A stretch of 49,126 nucleotides of DNA from Candidatus Omnitrophota bacterium (GCA_043805735.1 JAZDHS010000034.1:1-49126); one strand, 5' to 3'; counted from the first letter of the stretch, positions 9,913 through 20,098 are shown. Numbers and translations are program-made. The notes: generated from the letters alone by a model not told the origin.

Positions 9913-11823
9913 TTAAACTCCCACCGTTGTCTTATCGTAGATCATTTCCTTTAATTTAAGGGCCTTTCGCTTTTTGTCCATATGCGCTATCATAATATGC
10001 GCCGCTTTAACCGGGTCGCTCTCGAAGGCCCATTTTCCGCCGACTAGCTGCTCAACATCTTGAGTAAGAAATTTCATTACCTCTTTACTGCCCGCGGCCG
10101 GCATCGGCGTACCGAATACTACCAATGCCCCGGAGGCCACGAAATACCAACCGATAGCAATAGCCTTTTCGCTCATCCATTCTGGAGCGGCCCCGGCAAC
10201 AGGAAGCTCGTCAATACCTTCGCCGATACCGCCTTCGCGCACCATATTGGCGCAGGCAATTAAAATCCGGGAATTATCCACGCAGGAGCCGGTATGTAAC
10301 ACCGGCGGTATACCCACGGCCGCGCAGACTTCCTGCAGACCTTTTCCGGCAAATTTCTTGGCGGCCTCCGGCACTAAAAGCCCTTCCTTGGCGCAGGCCA
10401 ACGCTGAACAGCCGGTCTGAACCACCAGTACATCATGTTTGATTAACTCTTTGACCATCGTAATATGGCTTTGCCCGCTCTGCAGTTTGGGATTATCACA
10501 TCCCACTACACCGGCGACTCCGCGGATCCTGCCGTTGATAATGGCATCATTAAGCGGACGATAGGTCGCCCGGAATTTCCCGCCGAGATAATAGTAAATA
10601 TTTTCGGCGGTGAATCCGGCGATCAAATCCATCTTCTCTTTAGGAATATTTACTTTCGCGGCATCGCGACGGGGATAATTCTCGATCGCCCTTCTGACCA
10701 GCTCTTTGGCCACTTCTAAAGCCCGCTCTTCGCTAAACTCAACGTGTTCCATGCCGGGAAACTTGGCCTTAGGATGCGTGGAAAACAACTTCGTATGAAA
10801 ACATGATGCCACCGTAGTCAACCCCGGCATAATACACTGCAGGTCCACCACCATTGCCTCCACCGCTCCGGTAGCAATCGCCAGTTCCTGCTGTAAAAAG
10901 CTACCGGCGACCGGCACGCCCCTTCTCATTAAAATCTCATTTGCCGTACAGCAGATGCCGGCAACGGTAATGCCTTTTGCGCCTTTACTCTTGGCCAGCT
11001 TTAGCATCTCTTCGCTTTGGGCAGCGGTGACAATGACGTCGCTTAATAGAGGAACGTGTCCATGGACAATAATATTAACCTCATCTTCTTTAAGCACGCC
11101 TAAATTTACCTGCGCGCGCAAGGCCTGCGGCGCGCCAAAAAGGATGTCGCTGGCCTCGGTGGCAATCATCGAGCCGCCCCAACCGTCAGCAAGCGCCGCT
11201 TTCATCGAACCAAGTATGATATTGCGGTAGTCATTGTCCACGCCAATGTGCGTGCGGGACATCATTTCTACTATCGGCCGGTCTATGCCCAGCGGAAGGA
11301 TATTTAGTTTTTTCCAGATATTTTGTTGCTTTAGCGGTGCGCGCTTAAAGAAGACCGGCGGTTCATGCTGGCTGCCAAAGTCCGCACCCATCGCCTTACC
11401 CACTTCCGCGGCAATCTCTTTTGCTTGTCGTCCTTCGACTTTAATGCCGTATTCCTGGGCGACCTTACGTAATTTCTCCTCGTCCTTAACCTCGTAACTG
11501 AGGGCCTTACCCGCGCCACAGAGATAGAGCGTATGCGCGATTTCTCGTCCATGGTCGGAGTGACAGGCGCTTCCCGCTGCCGTGTGGCGGGCGATATTAC
11601 GGGCGCTGATAATATCAGCGGTTGCCCCGCAAGTGCCGACTGATGGCCCTTCGCCGAAAGGGTCAATTCTACAGGGCCCTAAGTTGCAATTCTTGCAGCA
11701 TAATCCCAAAACGCCAAAGCCACAGTGCGGGTCTTGAGCATCGTATCGCTCCCAAACCATATCAATACCGCAACTTTGGCAGATCTCTTTTAGTTTTTCG
11801 ATACTCGGTCTTTCCTTGTTCAC
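9913..11823 (-). CDS. cooS: Anaerobic Ni-CO dehydrogenase catalytic subunit (CooS/AcsA)
   Basis: B/D-cluster CGFG...CCKNCNLGPC; C-cluster ligands HGH, ICCT, LQC, VGC, TGC, GSCVDNSR; MSEKA. The GTG start is supplied by the repeat element. Confidence 0.97.
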   Translation of the reverse strand: MNKERPSIEKLKEICQSCGIDMVWERYDAQDPHCGFGVLGLCCKNCNLGPCRIDPFGEGPSVGTCGATADIISARNIARHTAAGSACHSDHGREIAHTLYLCGAGKALSYEVKDEEKLRKVAQEYGIKVEGRQAKEIAAEVGKAMGADFGSQHEPPVFFKRAPLKQQNIWKKLNILPLGIDRPIVEMMSRTHIGVDNDYRNIILGSMKAALADGWGGSMIATEASDILFGAPQALRAQVNLGVLKEDEVNIIVHGHVPLLSDVIVTAAQSEEMLKLAKSKGAKGITVAGICCTANEILMRRGVPVAGSFLQQELAIATGAVEAMVVDLQCIMPGLTTVASCFHTKLFSTHPKAKFPGMEHVEFSEERALEVAKELVRRAIENYPRRDAAKVNIPKEKMDLIAGFTAENIYYYLGGKFRATYRPLNDAIINGRIRGVAGVVGCDNPKLQSGQSHITMVKELIKHDVLVVQTGCSALACAKEGLLVPEAAKKFAGKGLQEVCAAVGIPPVLHTGSCVDNSRILIACANMVREGGIGEGIDELPVAGAAPEWMSEKAIAIGWYFVASGALVVFGTPMPAAGSKEVMKFLTQDVEQLVGGKWAFESDPVKAAHIMIAHMDKKRKALKLKEMIYDKTTVGV

Positions 11824-11946
11824 CCCGCCCTTCCTTTCCCGGCGTTGCCAATATAACTATTGCTTCTGCTTAATGTTATCTGCATTGCTTAAACCTTTTT
11901 ACTGTACTTTTGCTTGTTATGCATTGCTTGTTTAGGAAGGGCGGGG
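11823..11946. mobile_element. MITE-like element, copy 1 (124 bp)
   Basis: 13-bp TIR CCCCGCCCTTCCT...AGGAAGGGCGGGG flanked by direct repeat TTCA (11819-22, 11947-50). Confidence 0.85.
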
Positions 11947-11947
11947 T

Positions 11948-12715
11948 TCATTGATTAAGTTCCTCCTCCAAAAACCTTTTCAGCTCGGCAATTTTTTTCT
12001 CGCAGGCAAGCGGCGCTTTTATTCCTGTAGCGCCTTGATCTGACTTTAAAAAATCTTGGTCAAAATCTATAGCCGCGGCCAGTTGAATCTTTCCTAATTG
12101 CTTACGGATAAACTCGTTATCCCGCGCAGTTCTTATTTTGTTGCCCAGCGCATACACGCGCTTGATTCCGATATCACGGGCAAAAGTGGCAATCTTCTCA
12201 GCTGTGCCCAGCGAATTCAAAGAAGGCTCCACTACGATTAATACGGCATTGCAGGACTCCGCCGTTCCCCGGCCAAAATGTTCCACGCCCGCTTCCATAT
12301 CCAGGACAACATGCTCATTTTTTTTGACGATCAAATGCTGCAGCAGGTTTTTAATAAACGTATTCTCCGGACACATGCAGCCAGTGCCGCCTTCTTCCAC
12401 TGCGCCCATCACAATCAACTTGATATTGTCTTTTTGTTTGGAAAAGGCATCCGGGATATCATCAATTTTGGGATTGAGCTGAAAAAAGGACTTGTTGCCT
12501 TTTTCTACGCCCATGCGGCGGTGGATCAATTCCTCCATCTCGGCAATCGGCTGAATCTTGTCAAAATTTTCAAACCCCAGCGCGTGCGCTAAATTGGAAT
12601 CGGGATCGCAATCCACCGCCAAGACTTCTTTCGCTTCCTGCGCCAGGGCGCGGATAAAAAGGCTGGCCAGCGTGGTCTTGCCCACGCCGCCTTTTCCGCT
12701 AAAGGCTACTTTCAT
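11948..12715 (-). CDS. cooC: CODH Ni-insertion ATPase
   Basis: GKGGVGKT, DCDPDSNL, GTGCMCPEN, DMEAGVEH; upstream of cooS. Confidence 0.93.
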   Translation of the reverse strand: MKVAFSGKGGVGKTTLASLFIRALAQEAKEVLAVDCDPDSNLAHALGFENFDKIQPIAEMEELIHRRMGVEKGNKSFFQLNPKIDDIPDAFSKQKDNIKLIVMGAVEEGGTGCMCPENTFIKNLLQHLIVKKNEHVVLDMEAGVEHFGRGTAESCNAVLIVVEPSLNSLGTAEKIATFARDIGIKRVYALGNKIRTARDNEFIRKQLGKIQLAAAIDFDQDFLKSDQGATGIKAPLACEKKIAELKRFLEEELNQ

Positions 12716-13575
12716 TTGATCTGCATCTTAAAAGCATTGACTACGTTACGCATCAGTATAGTTACGGTAAGCGGCCCGACGCCGCCGGGAACCGGTGTAA
12801 TGAAACTGGCGCGTTCTTTGGCCGGTTCAAATTCGATATCTCCGACAATCTTATCACCCACGCGATTAATGCCGACATCGATGACAATCGCGCCCTCTTT
12901 TATCCAAGCGCCTTTAACCAACTCCGCCCTTCCCACGGCTACGACCAGGATCTCCGCCCGTTTTACGTGCTCCGGTAAAACACCTCTTTCTCCGGTAGCG
13001 ATATGGCAGACTGTGGTCGTGACAAATTCATTCAGTAATAATAAACTCAAAGGCTTACCGACAATTTCCGAATGTCCTACCACTACGGCTTCTTTGCCGT
13101 AAAGTTTCACCGGACAGGATTTAATCAATTCCATGGCTGCCTGGGCCGTACAAGGCGCCAGCTGCGAATCGCCTAAAAGCACATGCCCGAGATTTTCCGG
13201 ATGTATACCCTCGGCATCTTTCTCCGGGGTAATACTGCTCATCACCCGGCGGTGGTCGATCCCCTTCGGTAAAGGCAGCTGCACGATTATACCGGAAACG
13301 TCCTCTTTTTCATTCAGGACGCCGATGATATCGATGAGCTCTTTTTCTTGAGTATTCATGCCTAAAGTCTCAAGCATATATTCTATCCCCAGGGCCTCGG
13401 CATTTTTCTTCTGCGATTTGATATAAACCGCCGAAGCGGGATTATCTCCCACTTGTATACTGACCAAGCGCGGACTCCGGCCCGACTTTTGCCTGAGAGC
13501 GTCGAGTTCACTTTTTAGTCTTTCCTTAATCTGCTCGGCAATGACTTTTCCTTCTAACAATTGTGCGCCCATCAT
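12712..13575 (-). CDS. folD: Methylene-THF dehydrogenase/cyclohydrolase
   Basis: VQLPLP, PCT, GHSEIVGKP, IDVGINR, TPVPGGVGPLT. Confidence 0.96.
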   Translation of the reverse strand: MMGAQLLEGKVIAEQIKERLKSELDALRQKSGRSPRLVSIQVGDNPASAVYIKSQKKNAEALGIEYMLETLGMNTQEKELIDIIGVLNEKEDVSGIIVQLPLPKGIDHRRVMSSITPEKDAEGIHPENLGHVLLGDSQLAPCTAQAAMELIKSCPVKLYGKEAVVVGHSEIVGKPLSLLLLNEFVTTTVCHIATGERGVLPEHVKRAEILVVAVGRAELVKGAWIKEGAIVIDVGINRVGDKIVGDIEFEPAKERASFITPVPGGVGPLTVTILMRNVVNAFKMQIK

Positions 13576-13605
13576 CCGGCTCCTTTACTAATTGGTAAAA
13601 ACTTC

Positions 13606-14478
13606 TTAGCGCTTTATTTTGCTTAAGATCTCCCGTGTGGGCTCGACCTTATTTAGAGAATAGAAATGTAGGCCCGGGGCCCCGCCGGAGAGTAATTCGT
13701 TGCATTGTCCAACGGCAAATTCAACGCCGGCCCGATAAGTGCCTTGGGCATCACCATCCAGCGGTTTAAAGATGTCGTGGACACGCTCAGGGATTGTGGC
13801 TCCGCAAGCCTTGCAGAACCTAAGCAGGGTTTGATAGTCGGTGATCGGTATGATTCCGGGAAGAATCCGCACATTGACCCCGACTTTCTTTGCCCTTTCC
13901 AAGTAGGCGAAATAATCCTTATTGTCAAAGAAAAGCTGGGTGATCACAAACTCGGCTCCGGCATCGATCTTAATTTTTAAATATTTTGCATCAGTTTCCT
14001 TGTCGGGACAATTAATATGCCCTTCGGGAAAACCAGCCACCCCAATGCTGAAGAAGTCTCCACAAGAGCGGATCAGTTTAATCAGTTGATAACAGTACTC
14101 CAGGCCATCCGGAGCAGGAGTCCAAAACTTTTCGCCTTCCGGCGCATCTCCCCGCAGGGCCAGGATATTACAAATGTTTCTTTTTTTCATTTCTCCGATT
14201 ATAGTTTTCAACTGTTCTTTGCTGTGGCCCACACAAGTAAAATGATGCATCACTGGTACGCCGGTGCGCTTTTGTAAATCGTCGACAATCTGTATTGTAA
14301 GCTCTCTAGTGCTTCCACCGGCGCCATAGGTTACGGAAAACCAATCCGCCCCCAGGCCGGCATAAACTTCCGCGGTTTCCGGCAGTTTTTCTCTACCTTT
14401 TTCGGTTTTTGGCGGGAAAAACTCATAAGAATAGGTACGCTTTTTTTCTTTTAAAATGTCCGCGATTCTTCTAATCAT
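13606..14478 (-). CDS. metF: Methylene-THF reductase (E. coli-like type, no adjacent metV)
   Basis: SYEFFPPKT, SVTYGAGGSTR, LALRGD, ITQLFFD, GLHFYSLN. Confidence 0.95.
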   Translation of the reverse strand: MIRRIADILKEKKRTYSYEFFPPKTEKGREKLPETAEVYAGLGADWFSVTYGAGGSTRELTIQIVDDLQKRTGVPVMHHFTCVGHSKEQLKTIIGEMKKRNICNILALRGDAPEGEKFWTPAPDGLEYCYQLIKLIRSCGDFFSIGVAGFPEGHINCPDKETDAKYLKIKIDAGAEFVITQLFFDNKDYFAYLERAKKVGVNVRILPGIIPITDYQTLLRFCKACGATIPERVHDIFKPLDGDAQGTYRAGVEFAVGQCNELLSGGAPGLHFYSLNKVEPTREILSKIKR

Positions 14479-15128
14479 TTTCCCTCTCCTTTTTTTTCAA
14501 GTTCCGACATCATCTTCTGTTTCGTGATCATCAACACCTCGTCTTTAATCACACCTATCTCCACTTCCAGGGGGTCGAGGATTTCTCTTATTTCTATGAT
14601 AAAGGTTTTGTCAGCAATGTAATTCAAATTTATTTCTACGTTAATCAGGGCGGACTGAAAAGCAGCGGCAAGACACTCTAGCGCCACCCTCACATCACTT
14701 ACTAGTTTTATATTTCCCTTTTCGGCCAAAAGCGAGCATAATTTTATGGCCCGGAAGCAGGATTTACATACTTCCAGAGGTGCAATCAGCGCTTCTCGAA
14801 AAGCCTCCTGTAAAACTTCATCGCGTTTTTTGTTATCGGCTGCGCTTTCTTTGGCAAGGGCATAGGCACTGGCCACTTTCTTGTATCCGGCGACGTCTTC
14901 ATCAACCTGGCGCAACAAATGTTCGCGTAATTCCTCCGTAGAAGCCAGAGTTTTTTTAATCTCTTCTTCAACGGCTTTATATTTTTCTTTGCCCACGGTA
15001 AAATTGGCGACCATGCTCAATAGGGCCACACCGGCCGAAGCGACCAGCGCCGCGGCTGAGCCGCCACCGGGAGCGGGCTTTTTTGCGGCCAGGTCATCGA
15101 GGTACTTTTTCAAATCATCGGCATACAT
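14475..15128 (-). CDS. fchA: Methenyl-THF cyclohydrolase / cyclodeaminase (FTCD_C)
   Basis: LAAKKPAPGGGSAAA, GN..LVSD, NVEINL. Confidence 0.88.
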   Translation of the reverse strand: MYADDLKKYLDDLAAKKPAPGGGSAAALVASAGVALLSMVANFTVGKEKYKAVEEEIKKTLASTEELREHLLRQVDEDVAGYKKVASAYALAKESAADNKKRDEVLQEAFREALIAPLEVCKSCFRAIKLCSLLAEKGNIKLVSDVRVALECLAAAFQSALINVEINLNYIADKTFIIEIREILDPLEVEIGVIKDEVLMITKQKMMSELEKKGEGK

Positions 15129-15133
15129 AGTTT

Positions 15134-15532
15134 TTACTGAAATTGTTCCCTGACGCGGGGACGGTTAAGAAAATAAATAATCGCGATGTCTGCGGCAACA
15201 CTAAACGAAATCAGGTACATATTGCGAAAATACATCGGCTCTAAGCGATAACTATTAAAGATGGCTTTGCCGACCACCAGGTGCGGAATATCCACTATCG
15301 CTAAAAAGGTAATCAGGCCGCGGCCATACTCTTCCCGACGCAACAGCCGATAGCCGCCGATAATAAACCCCACCAGAATGGCTGAGGAAATCATCCAGAC
15401 CAGCTGCTGCGGTGGGTAATAGCGGACAAATAAATCGTAGGTAAAGACGCGCAGCGGAAAAAAAGCCTGTAACAGAAAGAAGCTATTGCATACTACCAGC
15501 CACATTCCAACCAAGAGCAGCCCTAAGTCCAT
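15134..15532 (-). CDS. Hypothetical 4-TM membrane protein
   Basis: Hydrophobic helices, C-terminal YFLNRPRVREQF; TAATG overlap with the fhs stop. Confidence 0.7.
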   Translation of the reverse strand: MDLGLLLVGMWLVVCNSFFLLQAFFPLRVFTYDLFVRYYPPQQLVWMISSAILVGFIIGGYRLLRREEYGRGLITFLAIVDIPHLVVGKAIFNSYRLEPMYFRNMYLISFSVAADIAIIYFLNRPRVREQFQ

Positions 15533-17235
15533 TAGAATAATCCTTCAACTTCACCGCGTTGGTTTAAGTCCATTTTTTCTCCCGCCGGATGCGTGGGTAA
15601 CCCCGGCATCGTGCGCATCGTGCCGCAGAGCGGATAAAGGAACCCCGCGCCTACCGATGCGCGCACGACGCGAATGGGCAGCGTAAAGTCTTTCGGCCGG
15701 CCTTTAAGCGCCGGGTCATGAGAGAGAGAAAGATGCGTCTTGGCCATACAAATCGGAAGCCGATCATATCCGAGGCGGGTAAATAGTTCGATATCTCTTT
15801 CGGCCTGGGCTTCATAATGCACCTCTTTTGCCCCGTAAATCTTAGTAGCGATGGTTTCAATCTTCTTTTTAATCGGCCAATCTAACGGATAAAGAAATTT
15901 AAAATTGGACTTTTTTTCGCAGGCCCGCACTACCGCCTGCGCCAATTCCTTACCGCCCAGGGAACCCTTGGCCCAGACCTCGCTTAACACGGCCTCCTCG
16001 GCCCCGGCGGCCAGCGCCTTTTTGCGGATTAATTCAATTTCATTTTTCGTATCGCTGGTAAAGTGGTTAATCGCCACCACTACCGGCACACCAAACAGTC
16101 GCATATTTTCAATCTGTTTTTCCAGATTGGCGCAACCGACTTCTAAGGCCGCTAAGTTTTCCTGCGCTAAGCCTGGATCTAAAGGCTTGCCGGCCACCAC
16201 CGTAAACTTTCCGGAGTGCATTTTCAGCGCCCGCACCGTGCAAACCATCACCACACAATTGGGCCTAAGGCCGCTTTCTCGGCATTTAATATCAAAAAAC
16301 TTCTCCGCTCCGCAATCCGCCCCAAACCCGGACTCGGTGACCACATAATCGGAAAGTTTCAGCGCCATTTTATCGGCGATAATCGAGTTGTTTCCGTGGG
16401 CAATATTGGCAAAAGGCCCGGCATGGACAAAACAGGGCGTATTATCCAGCGTCTGTAATAAATTCGGTTTTATCGCATCTTTTAAAAGCACCGCCATGGC
16501 TCCGGCAACTTTAATATCTTCCGTAGTGACTGCTTTACCGTCTTTGGTCATCGCCAAGATAATCCGGCCCAAACGCTGGCGCAAGTCTTTTAAGCCACTG
16601 GCCAGGGCAAGGATTGCCATTACTTCCGAGGCCACAGTAATGTCAAAACCGGAATCGCGCTCAAATCCGTCTTCCGGGCCGCCCAAACCGATTTTAATAT
16701 TGCGCAGGAATCTATCGGAAACATCAACCACGCGCCGCCACATTACCGTATTGGGGTCGATATTTAAAGGGTTTCTTTTATACATCGAGTTATCCAAAAA
16801 CGCGGCGCAGAGATTGTGGGCAAGCCCGACCGCGTGGACATCGCCGGTTAAATGCAGATTAAAATCCTCCATCGGCACGACCTGAGCATAACCTCCGCCG
16901 GCGGCCCCGCCCTTAATACCAAAGACCGGACCCAACGACGGTTGGCGGATACAGACTGAGGCCTGTTTACCGATGCGGTTCAAAGACATCGCCAGGCCAA
17001 TGGTGGTTACGGTCTTGCCCTCACCCAGGGGCGTAGGGGTAATCGCCGTGACATCAATGTATTTACCGTCTTTTTTATTTTTAACCCGCTCCAGAACGGA
17101 CAAGGATACCTTGGCTTTATAATTGCCGTAAAGCTCCAGCTCTTTCTCTTTAATGCCCAATATCCGCGCGATCTGCGTAATCGGTTTTAACCGCGCTTTA
17201 CGCACTATTTCTAAATCTGACGGCACTTTCTTCAT
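15532..17235 (-). CDS. fhs: Formate--tetrahydrofolate ligase
   Basis: TPTPLGEGKT, GIKGGAAGGGY, HAGPFANIAHG, TESGFGAD, TMPGLP. Confidence 0.97.
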   Translation of the reverse strand: MKKVPSDLEIVRKARLKPITQIARILGIKEKELELYGNYKAKVSLSVLERVKNKKDGKYIDVTAITPTPLGEGKTVTTIGLAMSLNRIGKQASVCIRQPSLGPVFGIKGGAAGGGYAQVVPMEDFNLHLTGDVHAVGLAHNLCAAFLDNSMYKRNPLNIDPNTVMWRRVVDVSDRFLRNIKIGLGGPEDGFERDSGFDITVASEVMAILALASGLKDLRQRLGRIILAMTKDGKAVTTEDIKVAGAMAVLLKDAIKPNLLQTLDNTPCFVHAGPFANIAHGNNSIIADKMALKLSDYVVTESGFGADCGAEKFFDIKCRESGLRPNCVVMVCTVRALKMHSGKFTVVAGKPLDPGLAQENLAALEVGCANLEKQIENMRLFGVPVVVAINHFTSDTKNEIELIRKKALAAGAEEAVLSEVWAKGSLGGKELAQAVVRACEKKSNFKFLYPLDWPIKKKIETIATKIYGAKEVHYEAQAERDIELFTRLGYDRLPICMAKTHLSLSHDPALKGRPKDFTLPIRVVRASVGAGFLYPLCGTMRTMPGLPTHPAGEKMDLNQRGEVEGLF

Positions 17236-17239
17236 TTTT

Positions 17240-17938
17240 TTAGTTACTCCCTAGTTCTGTTTTTATTTTCTCTAATTTCTTTAAATATTTTTCACAATCA
17301 CTCACCGTATAAAGTGGCGTGCCTAAACCACAAGGCAAGGTCAGCAAATCGCCCTCTTGAAAATCCTTAACGTCTTCTTGTTTCTCTACGCCCCAGGAAA
17401 TTTTTTTTCCGCTACGGTAACGGCTGTATTTGGTCAGGTCGTACTTAGAGGCATCGAAACTGATAATGTCGATGGGCGCGGAAAATAAGCGGTCCCAATC
17501 CATATTGCCGCAGGTATGTACGCCGGAAGTTACCGCGAAGCTGGAAAATAACGCCGCCCATAATTGCCCAAAATCAACCCCGGATTGGCCCAAGGCCGGC
17601 TCATCCAGAAAAAGGATCACCTCTTTGGCCTTCAAGCCGTCCATAATCGCGCTAATGTGCTCTAAAGGCCGTTGCACGGCTTCATCCTGTTTATATCCGC
17701 CGAGCATCAGCGTAGCCGGCCCGACGCATTGGATTTTGACAATGTCAAAGTTATTTTTTTTAAACGCCTCTAAGCAACTCAATCGCCCGGGGTGCTTAAT
17801 GTACTCCAGCATCGCGTCACCCTTTTTGGGCAGCTCGGGTAAAAAAGGGATGTCGTGCTTAAGGCTATAGGCCAGCGCCGCATCCACGTCCTCCAGGGGT
17901 AACGAGCCGACTTGAGTAATGATTTTACCTTTAAGCAT
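17240..17938 (-). CDS. Short folate-independent 'core' methionine synthase, MesB-like (232 aa)
   Basis: GSLP, PFLPELP, VKIQCVGP, FLDEP, GVHTCG..DW, ISFDA, WG, PCGLG with putative Zn ligands His/Cys/Asp/Cys; start taken as ATG at 17938, 2 nt after the folE stop. Confidence 0.7.
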   Translation of the reverse strand: MLKGKIITQVGSLPLEDVDAALAYSLKHDIPFLPELPKKGDAMLEYIKHPGRLSCLEAFKKNNFDIVKIQCVGPATLMLGGYKQDEAVQRPLEHISAIMDGLKAKEVILFLDEPALGQSGVDFGQLWAALFSSFAVTSGVHTCGNMDWDRLFSAPIDIISFDASKYDLTKYSRYRSGKKISWGVEKQEDVKDFQEGDLLTLPCGLGTPLYTVSDCEKYLKKLEKIKTELGSN

Positions 17939-17940
17939 GT

Positions 17941-18498
17941 TTAAGATTTTATCAGAGCCAAAGTTTCTGACCGGGTTTTGGAATTGGTACGGAAAATTCC
18001 TCTGACCGCGCTGGTCACGGTGCAAGCGCCGGGTTTTTTCACGCCGCGCATCGACATACAAAGATGATCGGCTTCAATAACTACCATCACTCCCTTAGGC
18101 TTGAGTTTTTTCATAATCACATCGGCAATCTGGGTAGTCAGCCTTTCTTGAACCTGCAGGCGTTTAGAAAATATATCGACGACTCTAGCGAGTTTGCTCA
18201 ATCCGGTCACTCGGTTTTCCTGAGGCACATAGGCCACATGGGCCTTGCCGACAAAAGGCAGGAGATGGTGTTCGCAGACACTATAGAGAGGGATATTTTT
18301 TATTAAGACAATCTCATCATGCCCTTCGCCAAGCAACACCTCCAGCTCTCGCGATGGGTCTTGTTTTATGCCGCTAAAAATTTCCTCATACATATCGGCA
18401 ACGCGCTGGGGGGTATCCAAAAGGTCGGTGCGCTCGGCATTTTCCCCAATCGCCTCCAAAATCATCTTCACTGCCTTGATAATTTTCGGTTTATCCAT
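17941..18498 (-). CDS. folE: GTP cyclohydrolase I
   Basis: [37 protein letters not shown]. Confidence 0.96.
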   Translation of the reverse strand: MDKPKIIKAVKMILEAIGENAERTDLLDTPQRVADMYEEIFSGIKQDPSRELEVLLGEGHDEIVLIKNIPLYSVCEHHLLPFVGKAHVAYVPQENRVTGLSKLARVVDIFSKRLQVQERLTTQIADVIMKKLKPKGVMVVIEADHLCMSMRGVKKPGACTVTSAVRGIFRTNSKTRSETLALIKS

Positions 18499-18503
18499 AT
18501 TTT

Positions 18504-20054
18504 TCAATGCTTGAAGTGGCGCATGCCGGTAAAAATCATGCTGATGTTGAATTTATCACAGGCGGCAATAATTTCGGCGTCGCCGATAGAGCCGCCCGGC
18601 TGAATAATCGCACCGATACCGGCCTGGTGCGCCTGTTCAATGGCATCAGGCTTAGGGAAAAAGGCATCGCTGGCCAGGCTGGCGTCTTTGGTTTTAAAGT
18701 CGGCCTTACGGCAGGCAATAATCGTGGAATCGACCCGGGACATCTGCCCGGCGCCCACGCCAACGGTCTTGGTCCCTTGCGCCAGGACGATCGCGTTACT
18801 GCGGACGTGTTTGACAATCTTCCAGGCAAACAACAGCGACTCCAGTTCATTTTTGCTCGGAGCCCTTTTCGTCACTACTTTTAAGTCGCTCATCTGGACC
18901 ATCGCCACATCCATATCCTGCACCAAGAGACCGCCGACCACCTTCTTATAGTCTTTCTCAGCGCAGCTGGTCTTTTTAAAATTAGGAACTTCTAACAGCC
19001 GCAGGTTTTTCTTTTTCGCGAAGAGCTCTTTTGCCTCTTCGTCATAGCCGGGCGCGATAATACACTCCACAAAATCGGCTTCCTTTAAAATTACCTCGGC
19101 CAGTTTTTTGTCTACCCTACCGTTAAAACCGACGATGCTGCCGAAGGCGCTTAAGCGGTCGCAGTCTAAGGCATCGAGATAGGCCCCAGATAATGAATCG
19201 GACACGGCCGCGCCGCAAGGGTTAGTATGTTTAATGATACTGGCCGCCGGCGCGTCAAACTCCTTGACGATTTCAATGGCGGCATTTAAATCGAGGATGT
19301 TATTAAACGAGAGCTCCTTGCCTTGCAGCTGCCTGGCGTTACTAATACCGGATTCTTGCGCTGCCGGATCGCGATAAAAGGCCGCCTTCTGGTGCGGGTT
19401 TTCACCGTAGCGTAAATCCTGCGCTTTGATAAAAGAAAGCTCAAGCTTCTCCTGAGACTTACCGGCATAATTACTCAAATAATTATAGATTGCTCCGTCG
19501 TATTCCGCGGTTCGCTTAAACACCTCTACGGCCAATTTCTTGAGCGTTTCCTCTGAAAGCGCGCCGTTATTCCTTTTGAGCTCGCTAATCACATCGGGAT
19601 AGGTGCGCGGATCGGTAATTACCGCTACCGAGTGATGGTTTTTCGCCGCGCTTCTGAGCATCGACGGTCCACCGATATCAATATTTTCGATTGCCTCCTC
19701 CAGCGTTACGTCCGCCTTGGCCACCGTTTTTTCAAAGGGATAGAGGTTGACTACAACCATATCGATCATTTCAATATCATGGGCCTGGGCCTGTTCCATA
19801 TGCTCTTTATTATCGCGCAGTGCCAGGAGCCCACCGTGTATTTTGGGATGCAGGGTTTTTACGCGCCCGTGCATCATCTCCGGAAACCCCGTGTATTCAG
19901 AAACGTCTTTAACGGTTATACCCAGGCTCTTAATGGACTTGGCCGTGCCCCCGGTAGATAGTATCTCCACGCCAAATTGATTCAAGGTTTTTACCAAATC
20001 TTCGATTCCGCTTTTGTCCGAAACACTGATTAAGGCTCGCTTAATTTTGACCAT
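18504..20054 (-). CDS. purH: AICAR transformylase / IMP cyclohydrolase
   Basis: [52 protein letters not shown]. Confidence 0.98.
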   Translation of the reverse strand: MVKIKRALISVSDKSGIEDLVKTLNQFGVEILSTGGTAKSIKSLGITVKDVSEYTGFPEMMHGRVKTLHPKIHGGLLALRDNKEHMEQAQAHDIEMIDMVVVNLYPFEKTVAKADVTLEEAIENIDIGGPSMLRSAAKNHHSVAVITDPRTYPDVISELKRNNGALSEETLKKLAVEVFKRTAEYDGAIYNYLSNYAGKSQEKLELSFIKAQDLRYGENPHQKAAFYRDPAAQESGISNARQLQGKELSFNNILDLNAAIEIVKEFDAPAASIIKHTNPCGAAVSDSLSGAYLDALDCDRLSAFGSIVGFNGRVDKKLAEVILKEADFVECIIAPGYDEEAKELFAKKKNLRLLEVPNFKKTSCAEKDYKKVVGGLLVQDMDVAMVQMSDLKVVTKRAPSKNELESLLFAWKIVKHVRSNAIVLAQGTKTVGVGAGQMSRVDSTIIACRKADFKTKDASLASDAFFPKPDAIEQAHQAGIGAIIQPGGSIGDAEIIAACDKFNISMIFTGMRHFKH

Positions 20055-20065
20055 TATGCCCCCTT

Positions 20066-20098
20066 AAAAAATAAAAGACCTGTTTAAAAACCCAGGCC
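20066..20098 (-). terminator. Intrinsic terminator (riboswitch expression platform)
   Basis: Minus strand GGCCUG...CAGGUC stem followed by UUUUAUUUUUU; the 5' arm overlaps aptamer P3. Confidence 0.75.

Noticed and set aside
11823-11946. Simple intrinsic terminator between cooC and cooS
   Set aside because: The arms are about 98 nt apart, there is no U-tract, and target duplications plus a second copy favour an inserted element
17939-18061. N-terminal extension of the 273-aa ORF
   Set aside because: It overlaps folE in another frame; the ATG at 17938 fits the operon spacing and domain start
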